Shown in pieces: positions 27,563 to 41,624 of a stretch of DNA of 64,000 nt. The position numbers and the translations under genes are program-made. Position 1 is the stretch's first letter. The number at the start of each line of letters is the position of its first letter. The notes under the pieces are model-generated. The model made no database searches and was not told where the DNA came from. It saw nothing but the letters and a program-made list of their open reading frames with translations. The DNA is from Octopus sinensis (Eukaryota): positions 55,986,001-56,050,000 of the forward strand of contig NC_043010.1 in NCBI RefSeq assembly GCF_006345805.1. The letters run 5' to 3'.

Positions 27563-30500
27563 ACATTCGTGCATATGTAGAAGTCTACATTCGTACACAC
27601 GTCTATAGACACGCGTGCTTTTATACGTACACACAAATGTACAACTGCTTTAAATATGTGTCGTATATACATGTATAGGTGTCTTAATACGTAAGTAAAT
27701 CTACAGGTACCGAACACACACACACGTTGCGCGCGCACACGCACACAGAAACTTAGCCTCACTCCATGGCCATTGTGTGTCTGTAGTGGTGTATGTTTGT
27801 TAAGGTTTTCAATGTGAGAATAACCTCCTTCCTTCCTTCCGCCAGTCACAGAAACCGTTCCATTTTTTTGGCGCGGTACTCCAGTCTTTACACCATATTT
27901 GTTGGACGAATCGATAGGTCGACGTTGCCTCTTACGCCGCTTGTTTTATGGCTTACCCACGCACGCGCACACACGGTATTAATATTTCAAAAATAACAAA
28001 GTACTGAGATATTAATAGCTACAATCTTTCATTCGGTCACGAGTAAAGTGTCTTCTTTTGCAATGGATCATCTGGTCTCTATGCAAGAGGCCTCTGTGTT
28101 TCCAAGTTATCCCTATTAAAAGCTTCAAATTAAGTATCATAAATTACGAAATGTTTCCGGATTATGCACTTGTTTCAGCTATCATGTTTGGTTGAAGCTG
28201 ATGATAACTTCTTTAATTAACATTAAAATATTTGATTAAAAATAATTAAGCAAAGAGGCAATGATATCATTAGCTTAATGACTGATACAATTTTAATTAT
28301 TTTAATTACTTCATTATCAAATATCAGACATGTTTCGACTTTTTTTAAACCTTCTCAGGAAAATATACACTTCACCGCATTTGCTGAAATAATGATGATA
28401 AAATCACTAGCAAGAAAGACAATACTCTACACGAGTCGATGTGAGAAATTAAATAACTAACAACAAAGCAAAACCCTTGAAAGGTTTCCTAGGATAAGAG
28501 CAAATAGAAGTATCTCTATCTGTGAAATATTTAAATCAACAAAGTGATAAACAGCGAGTGAAACCGTGCTACAGCGAGAGACGAGCTTGGTAAAAGAGAA
28601 AAACCTTTAAATGAATATAAATCAAGATAAAGAATTTTCTAAATCTGTAAGTTGTTGTGAATAAAACTAACGACATTAATTTTGTCGTCGATCATGATCA
28701 ATATGTATGTCTGGCAAATCAATATTATTTCTGCAGGCTTCACAGATTCCTCTTTGATCCTGACAGTGTTATGTACTGCATATTTAAAGGACTTCAAACT
28801 TTAATAATTCTGACCAAGCCATCACGCACAAATACACTGAAAGCTTTTGTAATATCCAGGCCTGTTCGATCCTATTAGGGAAAAAAAACGTTTAATTAAA
28901 TGATATAAATTAATGAGATGGTTTTAAATAGTCCTGTAGTAATGTTCGGCTTTGGCACGATTACAGCTTTCATTTAGTTTTGGAGAAAGAGATTCGCAAA
29001 CTGGTGAGATTGACGTGGTTACTGTTTTGTATGGGTAGAGAGGGGGAAATTTTAGAAGGGGAGGAAGGATTAGGCATAATGCTTAGGGTACAGTTTAAAG
29101 AGGGGATGATTTATTAGAATATGGGTGACGATAGCAGGAGATATGAGGGAATAAAATTTGTCTGAATGGAGAAAGCGTGGCACCAACCATTTTCGTGTAT
29201 CAAAGTTCGATGTCGTAGCAAAGGCAGAGTGAAGAGAGAATGAGTTTTGAGGATCAGACTGGGGGGTATTTGGGGGATTCAATCGGGGAACCTTTCTTGC
29301 ATGTGATCAAAGATGTTTGTGGATGTCGCAGAAGCAGCGTCCCAGATATGGCAGATATTTTAGAGTCTCACTCGAACGTTAATAGTTGTTGAGGTTGGTG
29401 ACGGAATGAAGTATTTTGTTCCCCTGATGAGGGGGGGGGGATCAGTGTTTTGGATTCAGGGTTTGCTACGTTGAGATTGTGAGTAATAACTAATGATGGT
29501 GAGGCCAAGGATTTGATCCGCAAATACTTTAACAATTATCAAAGTTTAGATTGTCGAGGTGTGTAATACCCCCTCAACTAGACTTGACCCAGTCGCCACA
29601 ATCTGTATGTAACATCTCTTCCTCTTCTTGTCACCTATGATGGATTTGAAACATCATTTATTTCCGAAGAATAACAAATCGAATGAGTGACTTTAATATC
29701 TGTGGTCAACTATGTCTTTAGGCTCTCCTTTGTGGCTATAAAATATACCAGTCATTTATTCGGGAGATTTAAATCGACTGTATAGTTATGCTTGTGTTAG
29801 AAATTATTACCTTAAAAGTATATAAAAATATCTCCACAGCACTTTTCTTGGTGATGGACTTGTGAAACATTGTCGTGTAGCAGTAGTAGCATCGACTTGT
29901 GACTAATAACACTTGTTTCAAAAAGGATAACTGAGATGTGATCAAGGATTTGCTGAGATCAATGTTTTGTTGTGGACATTAACAAATAATTTTCATTTGT
30001 TTCAAGATCGATCCAGTTACTCGTAGTCTCTTGTTGTTTAATCTCAGGTTAGCTTTAATCAGGCAAATCTATGATCAAAATACATTCCACTCGTGACCAT
30101 CCCATTCTTTCACTGGTTTTTTTCCCCGAGACTTTATAACTATGATAACATTACCGAATATGTTTCTTTTAACGATTGTGTTATTAAAGGGAGATTTGAC
30201 TGCTAGTTCTAGCTGGTAGAGCGGCTAAAGACAGATGCAGAGAATATTGCTCATTCTTGAGGTCTAAATATCAGAAAATCTTTTAGTGGTTTCAGTGCTA
30301 TTTTCTACGACTGTACGACCCATTACTATGAGCGGCGTTTCAGCTTTGGTGATCTCCAAATTGCATCGAATGAAATACGAAGTCACACACTTAATTTTAA
30401 TTAATCAGGACTAACAAGGGGACGCAGACATTGTTGAACAATGATTAAATCCATCAGAGAAGGGAGACAACCCAAAAGCATCAATGCGTCGACACAACGT

Positions 30501-30695
30501 CGACTCAGTTATTAGATTATGGTTTTTTAAATATGTTTCAAGCAAGGGGGGGGGACATCAGATAACAGAAACCTCCGAAAGAAGAACAAGGTCACAACTT
30601 TTGGTTATAAGTTTCTTGGATTAGAGTTTTAAAAAAATGACAAAAACAGATTCATTATTTATTGAAGAGTTAAACATAAGATGGGAGAGAATCTT

Positions 30696-30800
30696 TAAAG
30701 GAAGCGTTCCTATAACTCGCGCTCATTGGTTGCTTATCGGTTGATAAAGGAAGCGTTCCTATAACTCGCGCTCATTGGTTGCTTATCGGTTGATAAGCAA
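30696..30800. repeat. Exact 49-bp tandem duplication ending in a 9-bp hairpin
   Basis: TAAAGGAAGCGTTCC...TATCGGTTGA at 30696-30744 and 30745-30793; TTGCTTATC-GGTT-GATAAGCAA at 30779-30800. Confidence 0.9.
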
Positions 30801-32121
30801 CTTTCTCGGTAACACAGTCGTTTAATTCCTAAAATTTGGTTCTACATGTCACCTATTCATAATGAAATACTCTGATTATTATGATTTATTATGATATATT
30901 TTTACTGTTTAATCATGGAGGGAAGGGCAGGATCTTTGACCTTCACGTTTTCAGATCCTTCGAACGAGACAGATGAGATGGGGGGAATTTATTTTGAAAT
31001 AGGGAAATTTGGCCCGATTTCTTGTGATAGAGTGAACTCTGTTAAAAGTAGCCAAGTCCCAGGTGTTGGTGTTAAACCGGATGACGGATTAGGTCAACCA
31101 CCGAAGAGTTCCGAACGTAAACAGCTAGAACAAATACCACAGGGTGTCTCTTCCTGACGCTCTAACCACATCTCTAATCCTCTGTCCTCGAATTCCTTCT
31201 CGGGTCAATGCAATTAAAGATGACGTCAGTGCGATTTGAAATCAGTGCGCAGGAAGAATACCGCAAATGACATTCTACACTGAACTAACAATGCCGATTC
31301 GCTCACTAGGTCTCGCTGACCCCAACGGAAAAGCCTTACATAAAATAATGAAGGGAATTTTCAAAATTGGGCGGGTTTTCTTTACCAGACTGGGGCGGGT
31401 TGGTGTTAGAAGCTGCACCCCCAACCTGTCTCATCTCAGGATGTCATGTTAGATATCTTGGTCGCCTATTTAAAGATGACTCCTCTCGAAATAGCAACTG
31501 TGCGATAAGTGCTAACATATTTAACAGTGTGAACACAACATGTTAATCAATTATAATTACATACATGGTGAGGAGAAAAATTAATTAGTGTGATCATTAG
31601 CTCTTTTCAAATAAGACAGGGGAGAGAATTCAGAGATGAATTCAAAGCAAAGCGTAGGCACAATAGTGTGAAGTGAGTCTGATCTTCGGTAAGTAAGGTT
31701 ACCAATTCTGGACATATTTCAGTCATATTAATCCTCATCAGCCAAGTGTGGAGACGTTTGTCACCGAGACAGACTGTCCCCAGTCTCCTCACTCTCCGAT
31801 CTTAATCTCCTCTAAAATAACCGGACAAACGTAACAATGTTTTTGTGGACATTGGTCACATGGAGAGCGGGTTTTACTTTCTTATTCATTTCACCGTCAA
31901 ATACATTCACACAATTCCGTCTCGGGACTTCCATGCTTCGCTTGATTATGGAAGACAGCTGTTTGTGTTTGAAGTGTCTACTCTTTACATAGCTTCATCT
32001 AACAATTGCTTTACCAACACCGAAGGGAAATCACCAAAATCATCAAATCAAACCGATTCCATTATTTTCACATGCGCGCGCGCAATAGGAAACACTTAAA
32101 AAGCAAACCCACACCATATAA

Positions 32122-32158
<37 letters not shown>

Positions 32159-32480
32159 GCACACGATATCACACACATAACCGTACACAATAGGACATAC
32201 AATATCGCGTGCACTACACACACACACACATACATACACAAACACATACAAGTCATGTAATTAAAGAGAGGTCGATAAATTATGTACTGTAAGTCCTGAG
32301 GTCGATCGACTAAAAAAAACGATAAAGATAGTGCCCCAGCATGGTCACGGTCGAGTGACTGGAACCACTATGAGACTGCGTGTGTGTCTAGAATTAAATC
32401 TAAACAATCATTTCTAGCAAGTGGCGTTTCTTTCTGTGTTCGCTTTACGCGAACGCAACGGATTTAACTCTTCTACCAGT

Positions 32481-32539
<59 letters not shown>

Positions 32540-33219
32540 CACACACACACACACACACACACGCACGCACGCACGCACGCACGCGCGCGCGCAGAGCCGG
32601 TAGAGCAGATGTGTGTTCGTGCATGCATGTGTGTGTGTGTACTTCAGCTCGTAGGCTTTTGAATAGATTTATATTTTAGAAATATTACAGTTGATATAAC
32701 TGATATAACAGATGTATGCCTGTTACTTATACTTTAAGTAGGGTGCATACCCTACAGAACTGTATGTAAACCCTGTAGAACTTGATAGGGCTTCTGGTTC
32801 AATTTTAAGTAAAGTTGACTTTTTTTTTCTCTTCAGGTATGAGGCGGGATGCATGTATGATGAAATGGTTAGTTGTATTGAGATACATGGTGAGAGAGAG
32901 CGGGGTGTCAGTGAAGTGCCTCTGTGGCGGGTGGGGGCGCGACAGGAACGGTGTTAACCTCATGCTGGAAACGCGAGTTTAATTGTTGTTGCTCTTCTTC
33001 TTCTTGATTGTTGTCGGCGAGTTAAGACGTATTTCCAGCGCTTCGTGAGTTTGAGTTTTTTGTGGCTTTTTTCAAGTTTTGTTGACTGTTTTGTTTTCCG
33101 AACCCGTTTTGGTGTGCAGAAGGGGTTCTTTTGTTGAAATTTCCCCCTTTTAGGGGCGAATTTTGGACCTTTTGTCCATTAAAAATATGTTTTGTTTCTT
33201 CGTCTAACGAAAAAACAAG

Positions 33220-34700
33220 ATGGCTTCCTCTGTCGTCTGTAGTGGCAGCGGCTGTTCTAACAGCCAGTTCAGCCAAGGTTTGCCTCCTCTGAACAGCACG
33301 TGTAGCAGTAGGAAATTCACTCATAACACCTGCACCAAGATTGATACAGAAAAAGAAAGAAAGAAAAGCCAAGTAGACGCCATCGCCACCACCGACATGA
33401 ACAAGTCAAGTAACGACAAGCAAAATAACGAAAAAAAAAAAAAAAATACCAGCACGAGCAAAAATGACAAATCAAGCAGACACGGTTTCGCTTCCGCGCC
33501 GAAACAATCGCGAGAAAAATTTAACATCACATTAGAGGATTTAAAAAATTCAAAGGAACTTTTAGGGAAACAAGGCAATACTGTTTTACTAAATACTTGA
33601 AAAGAAATTATGATTGACACAAACCGTAAAAAAATTACATTCAAATGTATAAACAAGAGGGAAAAGGCTTTGGAAAGAGCAACACAAAAACAGCTGGAGT
33701 TGATCTTGAAACCGATTTGGAAAAACAAAACTTATGTGAGACGGAGAAAAGGATTTGGTACTGTGGAAGTGCGCTTCGCAACGGAGGAAGAAACACGAAA
33801 ACATTCCAGAACGCCATTAATATCGGAGGACCTTGAAACTCATGCCGACATATCTTGGTCGGCGCGGTACAAAAATTAAAATTGCGGAGGTGTTCCCTGA
33901 AATAAATATATGTAGGCTGGTGGTGGTGGTCTCCTATGATATAGAAGACACCGCCAATATACTGGAGGTGCATAAATTGCACCAACAAAATTGGACAGGT
34001 CAAGGATTGGAGCCTCTTGTTGACGCCATAAATTTACCAGATGGCACGAGACTGCACGTGGCCGTGGAGGGCAGACGGCCGAGGTGTTACTTTTGTGTGA
34101 GCGACTAGCACCTCAAGGTCGACTGCTCCAAACACAAAGAGATGAGAGGGAAGCTGCAAGCGACAGCAGAAGCGGGGGCAGCTCTGGTGCAACAGCAGCA
34201 GCAGAAACCAGCCCCATCACCACCAACAGGGACGCTGCCTCCAGCCGTCGCCAGGGCATCACCAACTCCAACACCAAAAACTGGACGGCATACCACCATC
34301 ACCACCAACAACAACATTTGAACCCAAGCAAGACGAACAACCAGAGAACATCCCTCTTCCGGACCAAAATAGCTCGGACTGTTCGAGTATTGAGGCCGAG
34401 AAGGGAGAGTGGAAAACTGTTCTCCCCACCCCCCAAAAGGAAAAGAAAGACAGTAGAAAAAAGAGGGAGAGGCGCAAACAGGAGGAAATTCCCAACAGCA
34501 GCAACAAGCAAACACATCAAACAACAACATACAACAACATCAACAATACTATCACAAACACCACCCACCTCACAGCCATCGACACCGACAACACATGCCT
34601 TGTTCAATACAGCAGACAACACACAGACACCACAATGGATTACTTTCTCTTCACAACACACAGATTTCAAAACTAAAGCATGACACGTACAACACATTAA
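33220..34700 (+). pseudogene. Decayed ORF1 (gag-like) of a near full-length Tx1/L1-clade LINE
   Basis: Broken ORFs 33220-33600, 33610-33879 and 33833-34108. VEGRRPRCYFCVSD*HLKVDC is an exact C-x2-C-x4-H-x4-C knuckle read through one stop, followed by a low-complexity T/Q/S-rich tail. Confidence 0.72.
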
Positions 34701-34855
34701 AAATCAACTTTCCAAATGCTGTTGGGCCTTTTGAAAAAAAATTTCGAAAAGACTGTTCAAAAACCTCGTGGAAACGCCCAGACAAAAACCAAGGGTACAC
34801 TCCTGCCCAACAATAATGGTAAGTAGAGCTCTTCTCCAGCTTAATTTTATTTACA

Positions 34856-37800
34856 ATGGTGACGACCCTCAGAATAGGTTGTAAAAATGTCAGGGGCCTC
34901 GGGTCACCTTTTAAATGCCTGAAGTACCTTGGTGTAGATGTTGCAGCCATTAGTGAATCCAGGCTATCCGACCCACGGGATCTCATCACCTTTTTCGGCG
35001 GATACGCGATTTTTCTATTTCCGTGTCGGCCGGGAGGGGTGGCGCTCTTCTGGAAGGGTCTGAATTTGAAAATAAAGGCAATCTTCCTGGATCCGGAAAG
35101 TAAGTTGGTGGTCTTAGATGTGAACAGCAGTGACGGCAGTGCTTTCAGACTAGTGACTCCTATTCTCCGTCAGGGGCAGGGCGGTCTGATTACTTCAAGC
35201 ATATGGAGGTCTTCCTGGGAACGTCTCGGACTCTAGTATTAGTAGGAGATTAGAACGCTGTCTTAGATGGACGTTTCGTTTGCGTGGGTGTGTCTGATAG
35301 GAGAGGTGGGTGCAAAAGCCTCCAAAACCTGCTCAGACGTTTTTAATTGTGTGACAGATTACCTAAATGTGCCAATGTGGACTTGGACAAACCGCATCAG
35401 GTCGTCGTATCTAGATAGGGTATGTTGTAAGCCAGCGGACATGGATAGTATAGGGTGCCCACAATTCCACATGGTCGGCTACACAGACCACATATTTGTG
35501 ATCTGTACGGTCCACTTAGAAAAGCTTCATTGACAGGGTCCCGGGTACTGGAAGCTGAACACATAGTTACCGGCGTGTCCAACTTACAGAGACCGGATTA
35601 ACGAATTAGTTAAGCGGGCGTTGACAGGGGCAATCGTCAACAATAACTGGTGGTTTGCTCGTAAAAGAGCAATTAGAGTAGAATTGATTAGGTTTAGCAA
35701 GGCAGTAGCGGAAGAAAGAAATATAGTAGAGGGAAAGTTAGATGAGGCGCTTAGGACTGACATCGCAACTGACGTGTTGGCGGCGAGATAGGCCCTCGAC
35801 CAATTTTTTGACGCTAAACATGAAGCGTTGCGTTGTCAAACCTTAGGTACGTTCACTAAGTGGGAGGGAACGAGAGCGTCACGATGGACCCGTGTGGCGG
35901 AGGATAAACGTGACAACAAAGCCACCATTCGGTCTTTGGTGGACCAGAACGGACACGAGGTGTTCGAATCGAAGCAGATGTGTGCAGCCTTTCAGCAGTA
36001 ATTTGCTCGACTGTTTGGGACGAGCGGTGGGACGGGTAACACGGCAGACTTCGGTGTGTACTTGGACGGCCTCTCAGCGAACGAGGCAGAGTGCTGCGAA
36101 ACGCCAATAACAGCCTGGAAAGTACAGGAAGCGCTGAAAAGTTGAACGAGAGGCAGATCGCTGGGTTTGAATGGTATGCCCTACGAGCTTTACATTTCAA
36201 TGCTCGACTTGTTTGCGGACCTCTTGGCAGACGTCTACTGCAACTGGCAACAAAACGGAAGGATTCCTTTTGTTTGTCGATGAGTGGTGGCACTTCTGAG
36301 AAAGGACCCAAACAAGGGGGACGTTGTAGAGAATTTCAGGCCCATCACTCTGCTCAATTCAGAGTTGAAGATTTCGGCCAAGGTGTTAGCCAAGAGGTTG
36401 GCACTTGTCGTAGACAAGCTGGTTGGCGAGGGCAAACATGCGCCATCCCAACCAGGAGTATTCATAATAACATCCGTCTTATGCGTTACATCATAGAGAG
36501 GGTGGGTAACGAAGCTGGCATAGGTGGGGCCCTGATCAGTTTAAATCAATCTAAAGCCTTTGATAGGGTTGACCATCAATACTTGGCAGCTGTCTTCAAG
36601 GCAGCGGTTTCGGTCCAGTCTTCCGCGGTTGGATCACTGCTTTGTACACCGGCATCCGCTCGGTTGTTCGGGTGAATAGTCACCTGTCGGAGCCATTCAG
36701 CATCTTGCGTTCGGTCCGTCAAGGATGCCCTCTTTCCTCCCTTCTCTATGTACTGACTCGAGCCATTACTGCGGAAGTTGGAGGCTTTGAGAGATGTCCC
36801 ACTGATGATTTCACCGTCATAGTGTCGTACCACGGGCATATAGACCTGATTAGCGAAGTACTACAGGAATATGTAGCGGTTTCAGGTGCCAAAATTAACG
36901 CGGAAAAGTCTATGGCTTGCAACTCGGCACCTGGAGAGGCAAGTCCATGCCGTCCAACAGCATAGTGGGACGCTGGACAGACGGTCCCGTTAAGTTGCTC
37001 GGAATCTGGTTTGGTTGGGACATGCAGGTGGAGAAAAACTGGGACGAGGTGATGAACAGGGTAGCGAATGTCACACAGAAATGGGCCGAGAGAAAGCTGT
37101 CCCTGAAAGGTCGAGCGGAGGTGGCGAATGCGTACATCCGTCATCTATTACCGCTTGACTGTCGTCCCTTGCCCCGTGTGCTGCTTGACCAAGCTGGTGC
37201 GCTTACTCTTCCACTTTCTGTGGAAGGGGCACGTTCCACTGGTCAGGCGCTCCATCTGCTGTCAACAGCCGCTGAATGGAGGGCTGGGTATGCCGTGGTT
37301 ACTGATGCTCAGACATGCGCGCAGCTTGCGGCATCTCCAGAGTTTCCTTGACGGTGAGAAGGTGTGGTCACCGTTTGTAAGAAACACTTTTCCACAGCTC
37401 GTCTCTTTGACTGAGATATAATCCTGGATTAGGCGTAGACCGAGGAGGGGCGCTTGGCACCTTGGGTACCATCAAGCGCTCACTTCTCTCCTCCAGGCGG
37501 GCAATACGGCCGGTGGTAGTTCCACTCTAGCGTTCTATAGAGGACTAGTGGAAGGAAAATGCGACAACGTTCTCGGGGAAACTCTGGGCGTCGATGAAGA
37601 TCAACTAACCGGTTTGTTTCGAAGAACTTTCGGGCCTGGGCCTATGGATAACTTCCAGAAATCCTTTGCCTGGCAGTGCTACCGAGGGGCGCTGCCTATT
37701 CGGGATGAACTTTACAGGCACGGGAGTGCCCTCAGCCGGGCTTGTTCGAGGTGCGCCCACAACGATGAAACCGTTCTGCGCGCCCTAGTCCAGTGCCCGA

Positions 37801-37933
37801 ATATTGCTGACCTGTGGGCTTATGTTGAACACCTGCTGTGGCGTGTGGGACGAATCCGACTATCTGCTGAATCCACTGAGGAGATTGCCCCGCCGCCCTC
37901 CTTTGGCCGGGAGGGGCAGGGAATTTTTATTTG
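34856..37933 (+). pseudogene. Decayed ORF2 (APE endonuclease + RT + Zn finger) of the same Tx1-like LINE
   Basis: IGCKNVRGLG and AAISESRL (APE endonuclease), NFRPITLLNSE, LNQSKAFDRVDH, VRQGCPLS, and CSRCAHNDETVLRALVQC. Collinear with 12822-15283 from about 35778 on; many frameshifts and stops. Confidence 0.9.
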
Positions 37934-37975
37934 TCTTCTTCTTCTTCTTCTCTTCTTCTTCTTCTTCTTCTTCTT

Positions 37976-38042
<67 letters not shown>
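37934..38042. repeat. (TTC)n(TTA)n trinucleotide microsatellite interrupting the Tx1 ORF2
   Basis: Direct reading. Confidence 0.95.
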
Positions 38043-38574
38043 GTCGTACTGGATGCACGTGTGCATTCTTGCAAGTAAGTCTAATCTTTAATTTGTGTCT
38101 GCAAATGTTGATTGTTTAATTTGTTCCAAAACCTTTATGGAAACCACCGCCATTGCAAAGGTCTGCCTTCTACCCACAAATACAAGGGGAGGTGGGCACC
38201 TCCCAGTTTCAAACTACAGTGACCTACACTATTACTATGACAACAAACAACAGTAGCAACGACAGCACAGCTCTGAAGCAGATTTTCCCGCAATAAATCA
38301 GACAATATCAAAGACATCAGCTGCAACAATAAATCTACGAACCACTACTTAACCCGCCACCACCACCACCAGCCATTCAAGAATTTGGACCTGGAGATCT
38401 CCATTTCCAGAGACTTCGAGGGCCACCTCCCAGTGGTGTCGGGCGTCAACAAAGAGCCCTCGACTACAACAAGACGACCAAAGTTTTTCTTTTTTCCCGC
38501 CCCTAAGCCCTAGACCATCACCTAATCACCCTGACCCATCTTGTTGCTTAACAACAACAACAACCACCAGCACC

Positions 38575-38900
38575 ACTGAGAGAGACCGCCTTCTGTGATG
38601 AATGACCATGGGATTGCACCTAGAAAGTTCTCCTCTGAGGCACCAGTGCGGGCAAGGTTGTTTTATGGAAGACCAACAGTCGCCCATGCATACCGGCCTC
38701 CCCTCTCCATGCTGCCGATGTTTCCCAAGGGAAAGGCAAAGATCGATACGAATTGGCACCTGTGACGTCACAATTGATTTCTACAGCTGAGTGAACTGGA
38801 GCAACGTGAAATAAAGTGTCTTGTTCAAGAACACAACACAAAGAATCGACCTCACTACCTCATGATTATGAGTCCGATGTTCTAACTACTGAGGCATGCG
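38575..38900 (-). mobile_element. tRNA-derived SINE
   Basis: Minus head GGCGCATGCCTCAGTAGTTAG, B-box-like GGTCGATTC, core TGTGTTCTTGAACAAGACACTTTATTTCACGTTGCTCCAG. Confidence 0.7.
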
Positions 38901-39444
38901 CCACCACTACAACAACAATATTTCCATTGTGAATTACAACAACAAAAACAATAACAACATTACATTCGCAGCAATGGCTGCAAAAGTTTAATCCTCGACA
39001 ACAGGAACAGCAACACCAGCATCAACAGCAACACCACTACAGCAGAAAGAATAACAGACATACACGACAGCTCGGACTTCTCCCAACGAAGTTCTTCGTC
39101 TCCCACTTTCTCTCCGACTCCTCTAAACTCATACACAGATTCTCTCACCTCGATTCCACAGATACGGATACATCTGTATCACGCAACGAAAAAGAGGGGG
39201 ACCCCCCACCAAAATCAAAATTAAAACAATAAAATATCGTGTTTTACATCAGCACACACGAAAACACACAGAAAACATACCCGTAACAGCCGTAGATACA
39301 CTTACAACATCACCATCCCCTCCATCAGCATAATCGTCAACACATCTACTGCTATCACATCCAGCTCCATCTCAATTGCAAAAGTCCGCGAAAAGAAAAC
39401 ACCCCCAGCAGCAGCAGCAACGAGCAGCCTCACAAATCCGCAAC

Positions 39445-40022
39445 TGTTGACGCGGGTAGACAAGATCTGGTTATCAGCTGAGTCGATCGTTACGATCGTC
39501 CTGCCATCGACCGGGAAGGGAAAGCAGCTTCCCTTTGTCTGGTCGCTATGGCAAAAGAAGCAGTGTGGTGAATGAGGTTGAAACGACTGACGACATATAC
39601 CCCTTCCTCTTCAGCAAGGTCTCCTCGACTTTTTCAAGTTCTACTTGGAAAGGACAGCGAGGGCAGAGAGGGAAATTCTGCCCCCAACCCTGTATTTTGG
39701 CTGAAAGGTGGGTAAATGTGAATATAGCGTGAGTGGCCTGTGTGAATGGGACTACTCTGAGTACGCGCCTGTAGGCAGGCGGGAATGGAAGGGAGAGGGT
39801 TGCCTGCCCGAGGTGTCTATGGTGTTCGGGCTGTCCAGGATGTGTGGGATTCCTTGGTTTCTCCTTGGTGGAACTTCCCCCACCTTTTGAGGAATTTCAT
39901 TGTTCGAATTTTATTATTGTTATTGTTTTTTTACTCTTTACTCGTACAATATGTAAGTCTCCTCATCCTCTGTGCTGTACCCTCCTTTACTTTTGTGTGC
40001 GGTCTCAGTGGCCAATAAAGAA
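39445..40022 (+). mobile_element. 3'-terminal fragment of a Tx1-like LINE
   Basis: LSAESIVTIV homology to the ORF2 C-terminus. T-rich UTR ending GTGGCCAATAAAGA, the same terminus as the copy ending at 15632. Confidence 0.8.
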
Positions 40023-40024
40023 CA

Positions 40025-41466
40025 GGATTATTATTATTATTCATATAGACTGCAGGAAGAGAAAAGAATCCTAACATCGACTACAACAAGTTGCCTTAGA
40101 TGCCAAGAACCCTCCTAAGTATCCTAGCTGTCCCTAATAACACTGTTTTCTGCAGCTGTACTAAACTGTGTTTTATACCTATTTCCTTTATCCATCTGTT
40201 CAGATCTTTAGGGATAGCTCCCAATGCACCTATAACTACTGGGATACATTTTACCCGCATTTTCCATAGTCTCTATAATTAAATAGCTAGGTCCTTTTTT
40301 TCTATACTTCTCTTATTAACTTTTTCATCGTTTGGGACTGTAAAGTCAATTATCTGCCACTGTCTGTTCTTCTATTCTGCTACCAACTCTGGCCTTCTAG
40401 CATCTATTACTCTGTCAGTTTGAATATTCAAGTCCCACAACATCTTGTACTTCTTACTTTCTAGTACTTTACTAGGTTCATGTTCATACCACTTATCAAC
40501 ATGTTCAAATCCTAGCTTTCTACAAAGCTTCCAGTAGATTGTTCTCCCTAGATTGTCATGTCTTGTATTCATTCTGTGCCAGCATGCTACATCCACTTAC
40601 TATATGAGTAACGCTTTCCTCTTTTAATCTACATTGGGAATATACTGGGTTTTTGTCTATTTTGGCATTTATCCAGTTAGTCCTTAATGCTTGATCTTGT
40701 GCATTCCCTTATGCAGCCATAAACATGTCTCGCTACTATTGTTTGCTGAAAGTATGTTTGGGAATCTACCATGCAACTCCTTCTCTTGCCAGTCATATAA
40801 TTTCTGTTCGTTTGGTGTTTTGGTTTCCCTATGGCTTTCTGTGACTCTAGCAGCTTTTAATAAACTTTCTTTACTATTACCTACATAGGAGTCTATATCT
40901 ACTCTAGCTAACTCCACGCAATCTTCCACCTTTCTTTCTATGTAGGTATAATCTTGCTACTCCTGCCCTTGGATGGAGTCCTCAATTCATATTGAATTCC
41001 ATCCTAATTCTTCTGTCTAGCTTTGCTAATTCATATTTTGCCCAATCTACAAAAGCTGCTGATTATCTAAGTAAAGATACTTTCCAAGTATTTACAGCCT
41101 TCACTAGAATCGAACCATTTAGCTTTGACTCCATTAACTTCTTCACCCTTCTGATGTACTCCTTCTCAACTTTCGTTTTCATTTCTGTTGTTAGTACTCT
41201 GTCAGATTCTATTACTCCTAGATACTGATAACTCTCTCCTTCTTTCAGTGATTTTAATGCCTGGCCATCTGGTAACTGGGTGCCTCCACTATTGACTACC
41301 TGTTCCCTTTATCATGACTAATATTCCACACTTATCTATGCCAAATTCCATGGCTGCATCTTCGCTGAAGAGTTTTATAATCTGTATTAAGGACTCTATC
41401 TCTTTTTCATTCTTACTAAAAAGCTTCGGACCATCCAGGTAAAGCAAAAATGGTTAATTTTCCCAT
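40025..41466 (-). mobile_element. 5'-truncated R4/Dong-type RLE LINE (decayed)
   Basis: ORF 40372-40596 (RHDNLGRTIYWKL...WDLNIQTDRVIDARRP) is homologous to 63211-63699; (AAT)n tail at about 40025-40042. Confidence 0.88.
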
Positions 41467-41624
41467 TAGTTTATCTGAACTGATATCCCGCCTTTGCCTT
41501 CCTTAACAATAAACTGACGGGGATCAAACATAGAACAAATATTCTTTTTTACTCCTGGCCCAAAGGCCTGAGATTTAGGGGGGGGGCGGTAGTCGATTTC
41601 ATTAACCCTAGTGTTTAACTGGAG

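Noticed and set aside
28930-29480. Possible old LINE RT fragment on the minus strand
   Set aside because: Compositional resemblance only; no diagnostic motif could be read.
32821-32845. Strong-looking splice acceptor TTTTTTTTCTCTTCAG
   Set aside because: No supportable downstream exon; it cannot be tied to a gene without transcript data.
38135-38329. Minus-strand peptide LYLWVEGRPLQW resembling the Tx1 ORF1 segment LHVAVEGRRPRC
   Set aside because: Too short and lacks the CCHC residues; likely coincidence.
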